Source: Octopus sinensis
Lineage: Eukaryota
Length of the DNA: 64,000 bases
NCBI RefSeq assembly: GCF_006345805.1
Contig: NC_043011.1
Location: forward strand, 41,428,464 to 41,492,463
Direction: 5' to 3'
Numbering within the stretch: position 1 is the stretch's first letter; each line of letters opens with the position of its first letter. Below are positions 62,358-64,000 of this stretch, in pieces. The notes below the pieces were generated by a model, which did no database searches, was not told the DNA's origin, and worked only from the letters and a program-made list of their open reading frames with translations. The translations under genes were made by a program, and so were the position numbers.

Positions 62358-63402
62358 AAATGAGAAGCTTGCTTCCCAATGACATGGTTTCAGATTCAGT
62401 CCCACTGCATGGCACCTTGGGCAAGTATCTTCAAGTTTAGCTTCAGGTTCACAAAGGCCTTGTGAATGGATTTGGTAGAGAGAAACTGAAGGTAGCCCAT
62501 CGTATATACATAGATGTGTATATGTGTTTGTGTGTCTGTTTTTGTCCCCCACACCATCACTTAACAACCAATGTCTTTCACTTTTTTAGTCATTAGTTCG
62601 TGGCCATGCTGGGGCACTGCCTTGAAGAATTTTAGTCAAACAAATCAACTCCACCACTTCCTTTTTTTAAGCCTGGTACTTACTCAAAGAGTCTCTTATA
62701 CCAAACTGCTAGGTTATGAGGACGTAAACAAACCAGCACCGATTGTCAAGCAGTGGTGATAGACAAACACAGACACAAAGACACACACATTTATATACGG
62801 TGGGCTTCTTTCAGTTTCCATCAACCAAATCCACTCACAAAGTTTTGATCAGCCCGTAGCTATAGTGGAAGACACTTTCTCAAGATGCCACAGAGTGGAA
62901 CTGAACCCGGAACCATGTGGATGAGAAACAAATTTCTCACCACACTACTACACCTCGGCCTATGATTGGTACAACGACAGCCCCGAAAAAAAAAAAATTA
63001 TTCGTATCAAAATCCAATGTAATCGCACTCTGCACCATTTGAAATGTATTTACTCCTTTACTTGTTTCAGTCATTTGACTGTGGCCATGCTGGAGCACCG
63101 CCTTTCAAGCAAATCAACCCCAGGACTTATTCTTTGTAAGCCTAGTACTTATTCTATCAGTCTCTTTTGGCGAACTGCTAAATTATGGAGACGTAAACAC
63201 ACCAGCGATGTTGAGGGGGTGGACATATACATATATACGACGGGCGTCTTTCAGTTTCCGTCTACCAAATTCACTCACAAGGCTTTGGTCAGCCCGCGGC
63301 TATAGTAGAAGACACTTGCCCAAGGTGCCACGCAGTGGGACTGAACCCGAAACCATATGGTTGGTAAGCAAGCTACTTACCACACAGCCACTCCTACGCC
63401 TA
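62358..63402. mobile_element. Cluster of three family A SINEs (+ 62358-62560, - 62570-62965, - 63045-63402)
   Basis: Similarity to 9890-10280. Confidence 0.85.
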
Positions 63403-64000
63403 TAAAAGAAATGGTGAACAAACTTAATCGATTTTCAAAGATTATTGGGTTTTCATTAGGTGTCTACATCATTCTGACAGTTGTTGAAAATTTCATTAAA
63501 AAACACCCATTTAAAAAAAAGTTATGAGGAAACAAAAACAGAGAGGAGGGTGACAGTTTTGCCTTTCAATGTTTCCAGAGTTCTCTGACACGCAACAGAA
63601 CAATTATGCGATTAGCCGATCTTTTATTGCTTAGACACAACAATTTCGGTGATTACAGCCTCTTGAAGGCACAAGGAGGCTGGAGATCAGAAAGTCCGAA
63701 GTTTCTCCTAAAACTGAAGCATGGAACACATACTAAGAGTTGCTGAAGCATGGAACAAACTGCCGGCATCAGTTGTTAGTTGTCGGAGCACTGCATCCTT
63801 CAAAACTTCCATGCTTCCTGAGATTCGCCAACGCTACACCTGATTTTCTCCTCTCCATACACACGCAAACATATATCTGACTCATACACTGTCCACTTCC
63901 CAGACATTTGTACATTACTGCATATGCTTTATACGCACTTTTGACAAGTTGTGGTGGACCTGAGCACTGTATACAGTAATTTCCTTATTATTATTTATTT

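Overview
AT-rich, microsatellite-saturated animal genomic DNA, most likely a coleoid cephalopod (Octopus-like). That assignment is inferred from repeat families I recognise, not checked by search. The window holds two convergent intron-containing genes. (1) On + is a large polyQ/low-complexity gene with three LXXLL motifs (probable transcriptional co-regulator, family not identified). Its main exon is 5424-7991 (ATG 5567), followed by two small exons I reconstruct at 11860-11920 and 14537-14654 that encode a Cys/His-containing C-terminal domain. A protein-like frame runs in-frame into the ATG but is cut by one TGA (5561-5563), and it carries the same CLPCFF hexapeptide as the downstream exon, in different synonymous codons. 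(2) On - are four exons of TCTEX1D2/DYNLT2B (28565 to 21685); exon 1 was not located. The rest is transposon-derived: many RTE LINE pieces (PHD-like finger in ORF2, tandem-repeat 3' UTR, (GAT)n tail), other RTE, CR1 and Hero-type remnants, three tRNA-derived SINE families, Helitron/Helentron, piggyBac-, hAT- and mariner-type MITEs, several families of Penelope-type mini-elements carrying hammerhead ribozyme motifs, and a 1.5-kb 25-bp satellite with G-rich and CpG-rich flanks. Most short ORFs in the supplied track are microsatellite or antisense artefacts. Repeat boundaries are approximate.
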